From positions 32,001 to 96,000 of the IMG/VR virus record IMGVR_UViG_3300036783_000080: 64,000 bases of DNA; one strand, written 5' to 3'. The notes beneath the pieces are model-generated. The model searched no databases, was not told the DNA's origin, and was given only the letters and a program-made list of their open reading frames with translations. Within the stretch, counting starts at the first letter, position 1, and every line of letters starts with the position of its first letter. Below, piece by piece: positions 28,557 through 38,293 of this stretch. The DNA comes from a virus (taxonomy: Duplodnaviria > Caudoviricetes). The translations under genes and the position numbers were made by a program.

Positions 28557-28858
28557 TAGTTTCTCACTTTCCTTTTGGAGATACTAACTTTAGCGAAGCC
28601 GATTTCACCACATAATTCTGCAATGAATCTATCGCTGAGAGCTTCACACATCTGAATGAATCCGTTTAAATCTGAATGGAATCCCATAGTAATTTCTTCA
28701 CCTTCATCAGTTCCACCAAGGTCTATCGGCACACCATTGTAACGTTTCCCAGGGATTGCGATATAACCATCAATGTCTTTCGTTAATGTTAACGTTTCAT
28801 CAATCTTAACATCCAAACCCAAATCTAAAGCTTCCATAACCTTTAATGTCTTTCTCAT
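28556..28858 (-). CDS. Hypothetical protein
   Basis: ATGA coupling. Confidence 0.65.
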   Translation of the reverse strand: MRKTLKVMEALDLGLDVKIDETLTLTKDIDGYIAIPGKRYNGVPIDLGGTDEGEEITMGFHSDLNGFIQMCEALSDRFIAELCGEIGFAKVSISKRKVRN

Positions 28859-29457
28859 TTTGCTTCGTTCATCTCCTTAATTCTCTGGCCAACTTCCACA
28901 TCAAATTTGAAGCTCTCAATGTAAACATCTTTTAATTGAGCAGATAGCTCTTTAAATTGTTCTTCATCACCTGCGCTCAAAGAGGTATCAATCTCAGCTT
29001 TCAAGCGGCGTTCTTTTCCTTGAATCATCGTAACATTAAGGAATGCATCAAGCATCTCTTTCTCTTCAGGTTTTAAATAGACATCAATATCGTATGGATG
29101 CGGCTCAATAACTTCCATAAAACGAAGGTCTTGGAAACGATTAGGCAGAAAAATCTCCACATAAGTTATTTCATTAAGATTCATACGAATGTCGTGGAAT
29201 CCTTTTTCTGGGTCTTTCGTGAACACTTCTCCATTTTTGAAGAACTTGAACGCAGCTGGAGAGCCTTTGGCATCCTTTACCGCAATCTTGAATCCTCTTG
29301 GAACGTTCCGTATATCTGTTGTAAATACAATATTCTCAAGAATACGGTCTTTTGAAGCAAGAAAATCAAGAATCCAAACATTTTCTCTTTTACGATGTTC
29401 AAAGTTGTTCATAACGTATCTGATGAACGCTCTTTTTTGTGTAACCGTTACAGTCAT
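28855..29457 (-). CDS. reoY: ReoY/YpiB (UPF0302)-family ClpCP proteolysis factor with IDEAL domain
   Basis: KRAFIRY..KRENVWILDFL..PRG..FKFFK..DPEKGFHDIRMN..EIDTSLSAGDEEQFKELS follows B. subtilis YpiB along its length. Confidence 0.85.
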   Translation of the reverse strand: MTVTVTQKRAFIRYVMNNFEHRKRENVWILDFLASKDRILENIVFTTDIRNVPRGFKIAVKDAKGSPAAFKFFKNGEVFTKDPEKGFHDIRMNLNEITYVEIFLPNRFQDLRFMEVIEPHPYDIDVYLKPEEKEMLDAFLNVTMIQGKERRLKAEIDTSLSAGDEEQFKELSAQLKDVYIESFKFDVEVGQRIKEMNEAK

Positions 29458-29534
29458 CTTTATCTCCTCCTTTACCTAATATAAGGGAGGAAGCACAAAA
29501 CGTTTCCCTGTAATCATGGAAAAAAGAATCCTTT

Positions 29535-30056
29535 TCAGGATTCTTTCGGGGAATAACACCAATGTACTTGTCCACATTGTCCACAAGGAGAATAGAAGTA
29601 ACTTGTATCAGTTGTCTCGAATTTAGTTAGTCTTACAGCAGTCACTCTATCTTCAGAAGGTTCTCCAGTTCTTGCAACTTGAGCCCACATATTCTTATGA
29701 GTTTCAGGACACATTATAGCAGTCACATCAAATCCAAACGAAGGCATGTCTCCTGTATACTCCCAGTTCATAACGCCAATTCCTTCACCATATCGTTTTA
29801 CAGCTTCTTCCAACAACTTGAATGGCGGATTAATCCTCTTGTGTTTTGGTCTGTCAGGAATCTCAAAGAAATATGAAGGAGTCATTCTCTCAAAGCTAGT
29901 TGATTTGACATAGTTAATCTTTCTATTTTTCAAGAATCTTTCAAACCGATTCACTTCAGATTCCATTACCATTTCATAGTTGTCAACTTCTCCTTGAATA
30001 AGCATACGCACGATTGTTGAGAAATGGTCTTCTAAGCCAAATTCAGGACTTATCAT
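29535..30056 (-). CDS. Hypothetical protein with C-terminal CxxC
   Basis: CGQCGQVHW; GGAGG RBS. Confidence 0.7.
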   Translation of the reverse strand: MISPEFGLEDHFSTIVRMLIQGEVDNYEMVMESEVNRFERFLKNRKINYVKSTSFERMTPSYFFEIPDRPKHKRINPPFKLLEEAVKRYGEGIGVMNWEYTGDMPSFGFDVTAIMCPETHKNMWAQVARTGEPSEDRVTAVRLTKFETTDTSYFYSPCGQCGQVHWCYSPKES

Positions 30057-30229
30057 AGTTTTCCCTCCGACTTATTAAAAGATTCACCCTGCAAGCCGCC
30101 TAATGGCTTAGATGTTAGGTTTTTCTTGAAGTCCCCTCTAAGAGCTTTCTGCGCACAAGCACCGCAAGTCGTTTTATATTCCACTTCTAACGGTCTTCCA
30201 CATCCTGTACAACGTTGTTTAGCCATCAT
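30053..30229 (-). CDS. 58-aa zinc-finger microprotein missing from ORF track
   Basis: AAGGAG RBS; CTGC..CGAC; ATGA coupling to next gene. Confidence 0.6.
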   Translation of the reverse strand: MMAKQRCTGCGRPLEVEYKTTCGACAQKALRGDFKKNLTSKPLGGLQGESFNKSEGKL

Positions 30230-30368
30230 TGTTCTCCTTTCAGCCTTAAGGCTTCCGCTTTACGGATTTTTATTGGTATCTTCTTATAGCATATAATACA
30301 AAGCAGCTTTTCCTTAAATTGGACAAAGTATGTTGTTCCTTCACGTCCACAGCGTTCACACTTCTTCA

Positions 30369-30659
30369 TCAGTGGATAACTCCAATACTATGCGCAACCC
30401 ATTGCGTTTTAGGTGACCAGAAACACATAAACTCCTTCGTTGATTCATTAATCTGCATCATAATAGTATAGCGTTGATTCAAACCTAAAGGAAGCTCGTC
30501 ATTGGCCATTTTCTCGTACATCTTCAAAGCTGCCATACATTCTTCATGTTGTTCTATCGGAGTATCTGAACCCTTGTGAATAGCCATAACATTACGGAAC
30601 GCATTCATTCCAGTGAACTGTGTATACATGTTTAAGAAATCCTCTTCTTTATTCCTCAT
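30369..30659 (-). CDS. Hypothetical protein
   Basis: GAAGGAG RBS. Confidence 0.65.
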   Translation of the reverse strand: MRNKEEDFLNMYTQFTGMNAFRNVMAIHKGSDTPIEQHEECMAALKMYEKMANDELPLGLNQRYTIMMQINESTKEFMCFWSPKTQWVAHSIGVIH

Positions 30660-30987
30660 TTTGTAAAGCTCCTTCCTTTAATCGAATATCTTTCCATCGT
30701 TCCCACATTTCGTTTGTAGGATTCTTCTTGTTAACCCAGCCTTCACTATCTCTGTAGTCAATCTTCCCAGCATAGATTTCATCGCCTTTCTTACCAGAAA
30801 CCTTTTCACCAGGACAATCCGTTGTTAAAGAGCCTTCAAATAATCCACATACTTTACATAAGGACAAACCGCCATCAATGATGTTCCGTTCTTCCCATTC
30901 CGTTGTACAATCTTTACCAGTCATATATTGGTGATTCATTCCAGTCTTCCCTCCATCTCTTTCATCTCTTCCAAATATTGATTCCAA
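30649..30987 (-). CDS. Conserved phage Cys-motif protein (likely start MNHQ ~30939)
   Basis: CKVCGLFEGSLTTDCPG. Confidence 0.65.
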   Translation of the reverse strand: MESIFGRDERDGGKTGMNHQYMTGKDCTTEWEERNIIDGGLSLCKVCGLFEGSLTTDCPGEKVSGKKGDEIYAGKIDYRDSEGWVNKKNPTNEMWERWKDIRLKEGALQNEE

Positions 30988-31223
30988 GGAATCGCAACGA
31001 GCTTGAATATTGTTTTATCATTCTCAGTAAGACGTACTTTAATCACATAATACTGTTTAATAATTTCAGGTAATATCGTGTTAATGTGGACATCAAAGTC
31101 GCATATAACCTGAGAGAAAGTCAATCCGTTTGTAACTGAATTGCATAACCGCTTTGTGAACTCCTTCTGTTGGTCTTTCAAGAATCCCTGAAGGAATCTC
31201 TCAATGTCTTGAATAGAACGCAT
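30936..31223 (-). CDS. Hypothetical protein
   Basis: AGGAGGTG RBS before ATG 31223. Confidence 0.65.
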   Translation of the reverse strand: MRSIQDIERFLQGFLKDQQKEFTKRLCNSVTNGLTFSQVICDFDVHINTILPEIIKQYYVIKVRLTENDKTIFKLVAIPWNQYLEEMKEMEGRLE

Positions 31224-31238
31224 ATTAACACCTCCTAC

Positions 31239-31271
31239 ATAATAAAAGGAGCGACTCATAAAAGCCGCTCC
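31239..31271 (-). promoter_or_regulatory. Hairpin/promoter hybrid element
   Basis: GGAGCGGC-TTTTATGA-GTCGCTCC-TTTTATTATGT. Confidence 0.65.
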
Positions 31272-31277
31272 CATAAC

Positions 31278-31529
31278 TCAGTGTCTTCTCTTGTAGTTTC
31301 TGAAAGCCAGTTTGTCCTTAATATTAAGGAATACGTCAATGGATAGTAATGTCATAGATAGATACAACAGGGAATGATAGCCTGTTATGACGCTTATGAC
31401 AAAACATAGGAATCCAACTAGAAGACAGTATGTAGAGCCAGATGTGTCCATATACATGTCTCCCCAAGTTAACACAATAAGTATCTTCGCCAACACTAGG
31501 ACGACAACGAGCGTGTGTAATAATAACAT
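31278..31529 (-). CDS. Membrane protein
   Basis: Three hydrophobic segments. Confidence 0.6.
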   Translation of the reverse strand: MLLLHTLVVVLVLAKILIVLTWGDMYMDTSGSTYCLLVGFLCFVISVITGYHSLLYLSMTLLSIDVFLNIKDKLAFRNYKRRH

Positions 31530-31544
31530 ATTATTTATCCTTTC

Positions 31545-31931
31545 TTAGTATTTACTAAAATCAATATTTGCTGTAAAGGACTTTCTAAAGTTGTTGACAC
31601 GTGCAAAAGCTTTGTCAAACGGATTCTTTGTAGCTTCCTCTGCTTCTTCATATTCTTTTCTAAGCTCTTTCTTAATTAATCCTTCACCATAGTCTTTTAA
31701 ATCAAACTTTTCCATTATAGCACCATCCACTTCAATGTCAGCATGAAATTTCGCAGTGAATTCCTCTTTAGTACCTTTAAAAATGTCTATCTCGGCCAGA
31801 ATATTGTGCGGGATTCCAGTGAATGGTGACATACATGAGTATTCAACTCTTACATAACAAAGTCCATCCTCTTCTGAATATAGAGTTCTCGCACTAAATG
31901 GGATAGCGTATACTGTTGGTATGTTTGACAT
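31545..31931 (-). CDS. Hypothetical protein
   Basis: AGGAGG RBS. Confidence 0.7.
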   Translation of the reverse strand: MSNIPTVYAIPFSARTLYSEEDGLCYVRVEYSCMSPFTGIPHNILAEIDIFKGTKEEFTAKFHADIEVDGAIMEKFDLKDYGEGLIKKELRKEYEEAEEATKNPFDKAFARVNNFRKSFTANIDFSKY

Positions 31932-32048
31932 GTTACATTCCTCCTAATTTGTTATAATATAATAATTCTACGTTAAAGCTCAATTCACCTCCCTTCGCAT
32001 TAATGGAAGTAGCTGCTTATGGTTCTCAAGCAAACGCACCATTTCTTC

Positions 32049-32492
32049 TTATTGTTCATTGTTCTCCTCCTGTTCTGTAACGTATCCAACGTGTTGATAT
32101 ACAGCCACCTTTAAGTTATCGCCGTTCTTCATCAAACTTCTTGCCACATTAGCGTTCCCAGGGTTGACATAAGCTCTATGCTGCTGCTTCTTACTTCGTT
32201 GACTTAGAGCGGCTACAATTGGCTGCTCCTCTTCGTCATGTAATAGGAAGATTGTCTTGCGGTCATATCCATCGCCGCTCTCCAAACTCATTGACATTTC
32301 AATTAGGTGATTTAGTTCTTTCTTCTTATCATTAGCAAGTTGTATTGTAGAATCCGTTTTCTCACGGAAGAACTCAATTCTGTAAATGTCATCCTTCAGT
32401 ACTTGGATTCTTGCCTCAAGAGCTACCTTCAGAGCAGATACCTTCGCACCGTTCATACTTAATAGGGTGTTACTTATTACTTCACGTTTCAT
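32049..32492 (-). CDS. Hypothetical protein
   Basis: GAGGAGG RBS. Confidence 0.7.
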   Translation of the reverse strand: MKREVISNTLLSMNGAKVSALKVALEARIQVLKDDIYRIEFFREKTDSTIQLANDKKKELNHLIEMSMSLESGDGYDRKTIFLLHDEEEQPIVAALSQRSKKQQHRAYVNPGNANVARSLMKNGDNLKVAVYQHVGYVTEQEENNEQ

Positions 32493-32602
32493 ATTGTTTC
32501 CTCCTCAAGCGGTTATGCTTAATATAACGTACCAAGTGAAAACCGTCCTCCCCTCCATTCTCCATACCCATAAATTTATTTTCATGATATTGGAATTATC
32601 TC

Positions 32603-32684
32603 TTGACTATTGGAGTATACTTAATATATGATAGCTCTTGTAAGATATAAAAACCACTAGTCAAGTGGAAGAGGAGCGGATGAA
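32603..32684 (+). promoter_or_regulatory. SigA early promoter plus leader starting the plus-strand block
   Basis: TTGACTATTGG, 18-nt spacer, TATGAT, CTTGTAAGATA..CAAGTGG..GAGGAGCGG. Confidence 0.7.
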
Positions 32685-33272
32685 ATGAGTAACACTAATA
32701 GAAAATTTGACCAATTATCTTCAACGGAATTAAACGTAATTCACGCAAGTCTACACACAAGAATTGAGAAGTTAACTAAACGCAGTATGCAATACACTGA
32801 TATGCTTGATGATTATAGAGAAGCTGGCGAAATCCTTTATACAGACGTAACACAAAAGTTAATTAAACAGGTCTCATTTGACCTTGAAGTTGCTTATCTT
32901 CTATTAGGAGAAGTCAACCAAGAGATTGGAATAAAAGCAGAAGAGTTTATCAACGAAGTTCTTCCACCTATGCCAAAGGATTGGAACGATGACAGGTTCA
33001 AGTTAGCGGTTGACCCAAATTACAAATTCACTATTACAAACCTTTCAACAGGTGAAGTACGGGAATATGAAAACTCATATAAAGAGGAAGTTATCAAGAC
33101 AGGCAAGGAATTGCTTGACAGTAACTTGAAGACCTTGAAAGAGCTTTCTAACGAAGGTGTGGATGTACTTCCGTTCAAGGAAAGTATCAAGATAGAAGGA
33201 ACTTCTTCAACCGTTCTTCTCTTATCAAGTTATTGGTTACAAATAGTAGACGATTTAGAAGGAGAACAGTGA
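32685..33272 (+). CDS. Hypothetical early protein
   Basis: RBS and promoter upstream. Confidence 0.75.
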   Translation: MSNTNRKFDQLSSTELNVIHASLHTRIEKLTKRSMQYTDMLDDYREAGEILYTDVTQKLIKQVSFDLEVAYLLLGEVNQEIGIKAEEFINEVLPPMPKDWNDDRFKLAVDPNYKFTITNLSTGEVREYENSYKEEVIKTGKELLDSNLKTLKELSNEGVDVLPFKESIKIEGTSSTVLLLSSYWLQIVDDLEGEQ

Positions 33273-33460
33273 TGAGTACACTCACACCTGAACAATTAGA
33301 TAAAGTCAAAGCAGCTTATAAGCTTTTCGATGAGTTAACCGATGACCTTGAAGCAGAACATCCTGGAAGGACTGACCACAAAGAACTATATGACATTTGG
33401 TCTTCTCTCTATGAGATTCTTGAAGAGCGGCTTGGAGAAAACTTTGGAGAGGAGCTATAA
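33272..33460 (+). CDS. Small acidic protein (MSTLTPEQ...)
   Basis: GAAGGAG RBS, TGATG coupling. Confidence 0.65.
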   Translation: MSTLTPEQLDKVKAAYKLFDELTDDLEAEHPGRTDHKELYDIWSSLYEILEERLGENFGEEL

Positions 33461-33554
33461 CATTGTTTACATCACCAGGAGAAATACTTATTTGTATTAT
33501 TATCTTTGCTCTATTTACATCATATGTAATCTCAGAATAAAGGAGCGATGACCT

Positions 33555-33902
33555 ATGTTCAAAAAGAAGAAAGTGAGGATTCCTGCTACATACGGGGAAT
33601 CCTTAGTACAAAACGTCCACAGGGATATTCACAGAGAGCTTATTATTGAGGACTATAAGTTCAAAGTTGAAGCTGATAAGATAATCTTTGTTATAATTCG
33701 AGAAAGCGATTTCAACAAGCGTAGGCTCACGAGAATTGTTCAGAGCGTTCTTGACAGGAAAATGTACAAACATCTCTTTGATTTGGATATATGGGAGCGT
33801 GACTATGGTTATTCGATACGTATATATGACGGTTACAACACGTACAAGCTAGTGAAAGATGATATCCTATTTATACAGGAGGAGATTGGCAAATGTCAAT
33901 AA
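33555..33902 (+). CDS. Hypothetical protein
   Basis: AAGGAGCG RBS. Confidence 0.7.
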   Translation: MFKKKKVRIPATYGESLVQNVHRDIHRELIIEDYKFKVEADKIIFVIIRESDFNKRRLTRIVQSVLDRKMYKHLFDLDIWERDYGYSIRIYDGYNTYKLVKDDILFIQEEIGKCQ

Positions 33903-34186
33903 AAGGCTCTACAACAGACACATATGAAAAACTGGTTATTAAAACGCCAGAAGGTTATTTGCGTGACGTGTGGGAAGAATGGGATTCAGATGAACAGAAC
34001 TTTGATTTCACAGACAACCCCAGATTTGCCTATACTTTCCACGATAAAGACGACGTGCCAAAGTATCTGGGTTGTTACCAGAACGTTAATATTAACAATA
34101 TGGAGGAAGCCGCTGAATATTTAAGAGGTGAAATCAAGAAAGTTGTTATTACGACAACGGTTGGATGGAAGGAAGAGGAGCTATAA
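33893..34186 (+). CDS. Hypothetical protein
   Basis: AGGAGG RBS. Confidence 0.7.
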   Translation: MSIKGSTTDTYEKLVIKTPEGYLRDVWEEWDSDEQNFDFTDNPRFAYTFHDKDDVPKYLGCYQNVNINNMEEAAEYLRGEIKKVVITTTVGWKEEEL

Positions 34187-34228
34187 ACAAGCTTCTCTGT
34201 TTTCTTTGAATTATTTTCAAAATAACAC

Positions 34229-34309
34229 TTGACGATTGGAGTACATTATTATATGATGTGTTTGTGAGATAGTTTTACACAGTAATCAAGTAGAAAAGGA
34301 GCGATTGGT
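34229..34309 (+). promoter_or_regulatory. SigA promoter plus degenerate palindromic leader
   Basis: TTGACG(ATTGG)-17-TATGAT, TGTGAGATAGTTTTACA, CAAGTAGAAAAGGAGCG. Confidence 0.7.
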
Positions 34310-34621
34310 ATGAAGTACAAGTTAACTTTAGTTGAAACTTATGTGGAAGGCGTTCACATTGAAGAAATGGTGGACGACGGTAAGGCGGCTGGATACGTAA
34401 TTGTTAGTAAGAAAGGTGCCTTACTTATTGATAACGGTCAAGATTTCAGTAACGAAGCTGAAGAAGGTGAAGTTGAAGTTTGGTTTAAAGGTACGAAGGA
34501 ATATATGAGCTTTGAAAACTTCGTTACTCTTTTGGATAGCAGCGTTGAGCTTCCAGATGACGCTTTAATAGATTTATCTGGACAACACGATTACCTTATT
34601 ACAAAAGTCGAGAAAGCCTAA
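34310..34621 (+). CDS. Acidic hypothetical early protein
   Basis: RBS, promoter and terminator flank it. Confidence 0.75.
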   Translation: MKYKLTLVETYVEGVHIEEMVDDGKAAGYVIVSKKGALLIDNGQDFSNEAEEGEVEVWFKGTKEYMSFENFVTLLDSSVELPDDALIDLSGQHDYLITKVEKA

Positions 34622-34683
34622 AATATGGGGGAAGGTTCTTCCTTCCCTTCCCTTTCTAATAAAACATTAAAGGAGCGGTTGAA

Positions 34684-35184
34684 ATGGAAAAGTTTGATAT
34701 TCGTAGTTATATTATGTTGAAGGATGGAAGCAGTATTGAAATAGGTGATTATCTAACGATTGAAGAGAAGGATGGAAGCAGCTATACAGGAACGTTAACA
34801 GGTTTCTCTCAATTCAGCTTAACTATACTCAAGGAAGGCGAGAACTTCTCATATACAGTAGTTTCAACTCAAATTGTGAGCGTCAAGAGAACTACGAAGC
34901 AACATAGTGTTGAAATAGTTGACAATCGTTTGTTTGTACAAGATGAGGAAGGTTGTCATGGGTTCTACAACAGTGGGAAGGTTATCAAAGTAACTACAAA
35001 GAGCGGCGGCGAACATATAGGAAGGTTGAGAGTGAACGAAAGATTGTGTGATGATGCAGTAACCCTCGGTGCGGTTGAACTCTTTACTTTGTACGATATC
35101 CCAGGAGAGGTTTGCGCTATTGAACTCAAAGATATTCAGAGCGTGAAATATTACTTTGGAGTAGGCGACAAGCCACTACAATAG
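34684..35184 (+). CDS. Tandem Sm/SH3-like beta-barrel protein
   Basis: Two repeats: LTIEEKDGSSYTGTLTGFSQFSLTI..IVSV and IKVTTKSGGEHIG..IQSV. Confidence 0.6.
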   Translation: MEKFDIRSYIMLKDGSSIEIGDYLTIEEKDGSSYTGTLTGFSQFSLTILKEGENFSYTVVSTQIVSVKRTTKQHSVEIVDNRLFVQDEEGCHGFYNSGKVIKVTTKSGGEHIGRLRVNERLCDDAVTLGAVELFTLYDIPGEVCAIELKDIQSVKYYFGVGDKPLQ

Positions 35185-35196
35185 GAGGAGCTGAAT

Positions 35197-35601
35197 ATGT
35201 CTAAATTCAAACAAGGTGACAAGGTTAAATTCTTTAACACATACACACGTTATCACGTAGTAATAGCGAAGAAAGGCAGCAATGGTATCGTAGTCGAGTC
35301 AGAGGTTGTAGGACACGAGTATAAGAATGGGATTCCTATTGAAATGCGTAAAGTAAAGGTACAACTAACAAGCGGTGACGTTATAGAAGTACCTGAAGAT
35401 GATTACATCGAATTATGGAAGCAGATAAAGAAGCCTAAACTGGAGGAACTATCACCCAAGGAGCTTCTTGACAAGTTAGCTATATTACACGCTGACGAAA
35501 TTCATACAAGTATGAGAACAAAGAAATACCAAAAGGTAGTAAAGGATGTAGGGAAAGTTGAAGCGGAAATACTAAGAAGAATGGAAAGAGGAGCTGAATA
35601 A
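35197..35601 (+). CDS. SH3/KOW-like plus helical protein
   Basis: KFKQGDKVKF..KKGSNGIVV. Confidence 0.7.
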   Translation: MSKFKQGDKVKFFNTYTRYHVVIAKKGSNGIVVESEVVGHEYKNGIPIEMRKVKVQLTSGDVIEVPEDDYIELWKQIKKPKLEELSPKELLDKLAILHADEIHTSMRTKKYQKVVKDVGKVEAEILRRMERGAE

Positions 35602-35724
35602 TTCAGCTCTTTTCTTTTATTCAAAATTTGTTAAATAGTTCTTGACTATTGGGAAGTATTCCTTTAAACTATTAGTTGTAGGGTTATTCCTTACATAAAA
35701 TTGAATATAGAGGAGCGAATTGGA

Positions 35725-35991
35725 ATGAGTAAATTAAACGTGGACGGTATTGAACAACTAGTAGGAAAGGTTGTCTTACTAGACGAAGAGTTGGATTTTG
35801 GAAACGGTGTCCTTCCTAAAGGTACAAAATTAAAAGGCGGCGAGTATCAAGGTGATATCCTATTCGAACTTGTTGAAGAAAAGGATAAAGATTTGATGGA
35901 TAAGTTAATTGGAGAAAGAGAACTTTTAATCCAAATTGACCCGTTTGAAGAAGATAGCGAGTTTTACGCAAAAGTTGTACTAGCGGAATAA
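35725..35991 (+). CDS. Acidic hypothetical protein
   Basis: GAGGAGCG RBS; promoter at 35642. Confidence 0.7.
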   Translation: MSKLNVDGIEQLVGKVVLLDEELDFGNGVLPKGTKLKGGEYQGDILFELVEEKDKDLMDKLIGERELLIQIDPFEEDSEFYAKVVLAE

Positions 35992-36089
35992 GAAGAATGG
36001 AGAGGAGCTGACAAGCTTCTCTTCTTTTTGTTTATATACAAGTAAATTACAATTATTCTAAAATATTCTAAATTTTACTAAACTTTTCC

Positions 36090-36118
36090 TTGACTCTAAA
36101 TATTCTTAATATTATACT
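36090..36118 (+). promoter_or_regulatory. SigA promoter
   Basis: TTGACT-17-TATACT. Confidence 0.65.
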
Positions 36119-36174
36119 ATTACTTGTGAGGTTCGTCCTTACCAATAAACAACATATATAGGAGGAATTTATTT

Positions 36175-38253
36175 ATGAAACCACAAGTAGTATTATACGG
36201 ATTAGACTTCAGACAAGTGAACACGATTGATGTTCAAAAGGTGGCTAACATCGGACAAGCGTATGAGTTAGTAGTCGCACCAAAGCTCAAAGGCACAGAG
36301 TTGGTAAATTGGATTGTAGATAACACTGAAAACCTAAAAGAAATTATTATTTCTATTGACGCATTAGGTTATGGTGATTTGATAGAATCAAGAAACTTCT
36401 ACCCTGTTGAGTATATTGACGAAATCCTTTACAGTACGTTTGAAGCAATAAGAGCGCATAGCGTTACCAAGAATGTTAAGATTACAGCATTTAATAGTAT
36501 CTTGCGTACTACACCTAACTTAACGAGTGCGACAAAAGTTGCTCAGGATTCTTATTTCCGTGAGTGGGACTCTTTAACAGATTTGTTAGACAACTTTTCG
36601 ATTGATAATAAAGATGCGACATTCTCACGAATAAAGGAATTAGAAAAAGAAATCAACCCAGAGTTGTTAGCAAACTTTAAGAAGACTCGTGAACGTAACT
36701 TACTAATTAACAAACGTATGCTCTCTTGGACGGATTTAAAGTACATTGACAGATTAATCTTCTTTGCTGACCAAGGTCAAAAGTTCGGTTGGAATAGACA
36801 GAATATGGAGATACTACAGAAGAAAGTTTCTCAGCTTCCTTCTACACTAGGTGGAAGAGTGTTCTTTGTAGGCGGTGAATATGGAGCTTCTGTTTTACTT
36901 GCTGGTGGACGTAATCAACGCTATTCTGGTGTTAATGTTAAGATGTATATTGATTATGGTTCTGAAGATGAGAAAACACAAGTAGATGCTTATGAGACAT
37001 TAGCACTACACGCCAACATAGTTGGAAACGCTGAAGCTGGTGAAATCGAAATCGTTGATAATCCAACAAACGCAGACTTTGTCCTTTACCACCATAACAA
37101 CGCTTCTAATACTGATGCTTTATTAAGTCGTATTAAAGCAAACGTTGATAAAGCTGTTGTAATTGTTCCTAGTGATTCGAAAGAGTTTATTAGCAGACTA
37201 CGTAAAGAGGTTAACATTAACCGTCTAGTTGCCTTCTCAGCTCTTGGGACTACAGGCTCAATGATTGGTACAGCTCTTGGTCAAGCGGTTTCTCGTATCG
37301 TAGCTTTAAAGACACCAAAGTCATTCGATAAAGATAATGCTTCTGTACAAGCCCATGTAGAGTTACTATTACAACGCTTCTACGAGAACATTTACCAAAC
37401 AACTAAACGTTATGTTTACAACCTTGCAAACGCTAAAGGCTATGACATCTTAAACCTTAGAGACTCTATTGATGAAGTTAATGCCCTAGTTGATAAAGCA
37501 GTAAGACCAAGAGCAATCTCATTCTATGCTGAACGCTTCCATGGACGTAATGTAAAGAATGCTACAACAATAGACTATAAGACTACTCAACACGATTTAA
37601 CAAGAGTCACACTTCCGTTCTATCGTACTACAGAAGCAGAGATTTCACCAAGAGTTGTTATGGACTCTCGTGTACCATTATATGGAGAATTTAATGACGT
37701 TCCATCAGGACACTGGGCATATCCGCATGTTATGAAGCTATTAAAACTTGACGTGGTAAGCGGCGGCGGTGATGGAAACTTCTATCCAGATGCTCCTATG
37801 ATTCGCTCTCATCTTGCTAAACTGATTTACAACCTATTCAAGTTCAATCTTGATTACGTTCCAAACCCAGGATTCAGTGATGTTCCATCGTCTCATCCGT
37901 TCTACAAAGAGATTGCTACATTGAAACACCTTGGAATCCTAAACGGAAATAGTGCGACAACGTTCAATCCAGATGGAAATGTTGACAGAGCATCTATTGC
38001 TATTATCATTAGTAAGCTATTTGGATTAGATTTAACAGCAGAAGGACGTACTGTATCAGAGTTCTTCGTTGATGCTGGTGTTGTATCTTGGGCTAAAGAC
38101 TCCATCAACCTGTTAGGTGAATATAGAATCGTTTCTATCCCATCCGATAAGAAGTTCAACCCATCAGTAATAGCATCCAGAGCAGTTGTTGCTACATTCC
38201 TTTCTAAAGCTTTAGAGCGTGTTGACATTCTAAACGCTGAAGGAACACTATAA
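36175..38253 (+). CDS. DUF4127-family protein with three C-terminal SLH (S-layer homology) domains
   Basis: LYGLDFRQVN, IISIDALGYGDLIESR, FNSILRT, IGTALGQ; SLH repeats FNDVPSGHWAY..FYPD..IR, FSDVPSSHPFY..FNPD..DR, FVDA..SWAKD..FNP..SR. Confidence 0.85.
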   Translation: MKPQVVLYGLDFRQVNTIDVQKVANIGQAYELVVAPKLKGTELVNWIVDNTENLKEIIISIDALGYGDLIESRNFYPVEYIDEILYSTFEAIRAHSVTKNVKITAFNSILRTTPNLTSATKVAQDSYFREWDSLTDLLDNFSIDNKDATFSRIKELEKEINPELLANFKKTRERNLLINKRMLSWTDLKYIDRLIFFADQGQKFGWNRQNMEILQKKVSQLPSTLGGRVFFVGGEYGASVLLAGGRNQRYSGVNVKMYIDYGSEDEKTQVDAYETLALHANIVGNAEAGEIEIVDNPTNADFVLYHHNNASNTDALLSRIKANVDKAVVIVPSDSKEFISRLRKEVNINRLVAFSALGTTGSMIGTALGQAVSRIVALKTPKSFDKDNASVQAHVELLLQRFYENIYQTTKRYVYNLANAKGYDILNLRDSIDEVNALVDKAVRPRAISFYAERFHGRNVKNATTIDYKTTQHDLTRVTLPFYRTTEAEISPRVVMDSRVPLYGEFNDVPSGHWAYPHVMKLLKLDVVSGGGDGNFYPDAPMIRSHLAKLIYNLFKFNLDYVPNPGFSDVPSSHPFYKEIATLKHLGILNGNSATTFNPDGNVDRASIAIIISKLFGLDLTAEGRTVSEFFVDAGVVSWAKDSINLLGEYRIVSIPSDKKFNPSVIASRAVVATFLSKALERVDILNAEGTL

Positions 38254-38259
38254 TAATTA

Positions 38260-38293
38260 GAGAAAGAGAGCCTGAAAAGGCTCTCTTTTCTTT
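38260..38293. terminator. Bidirectional terminator between convergent genes
   Basis: GAGAGCC-TGAAAA-GGCTCTC with A- and T-rich flanks. Confidence 0.8.
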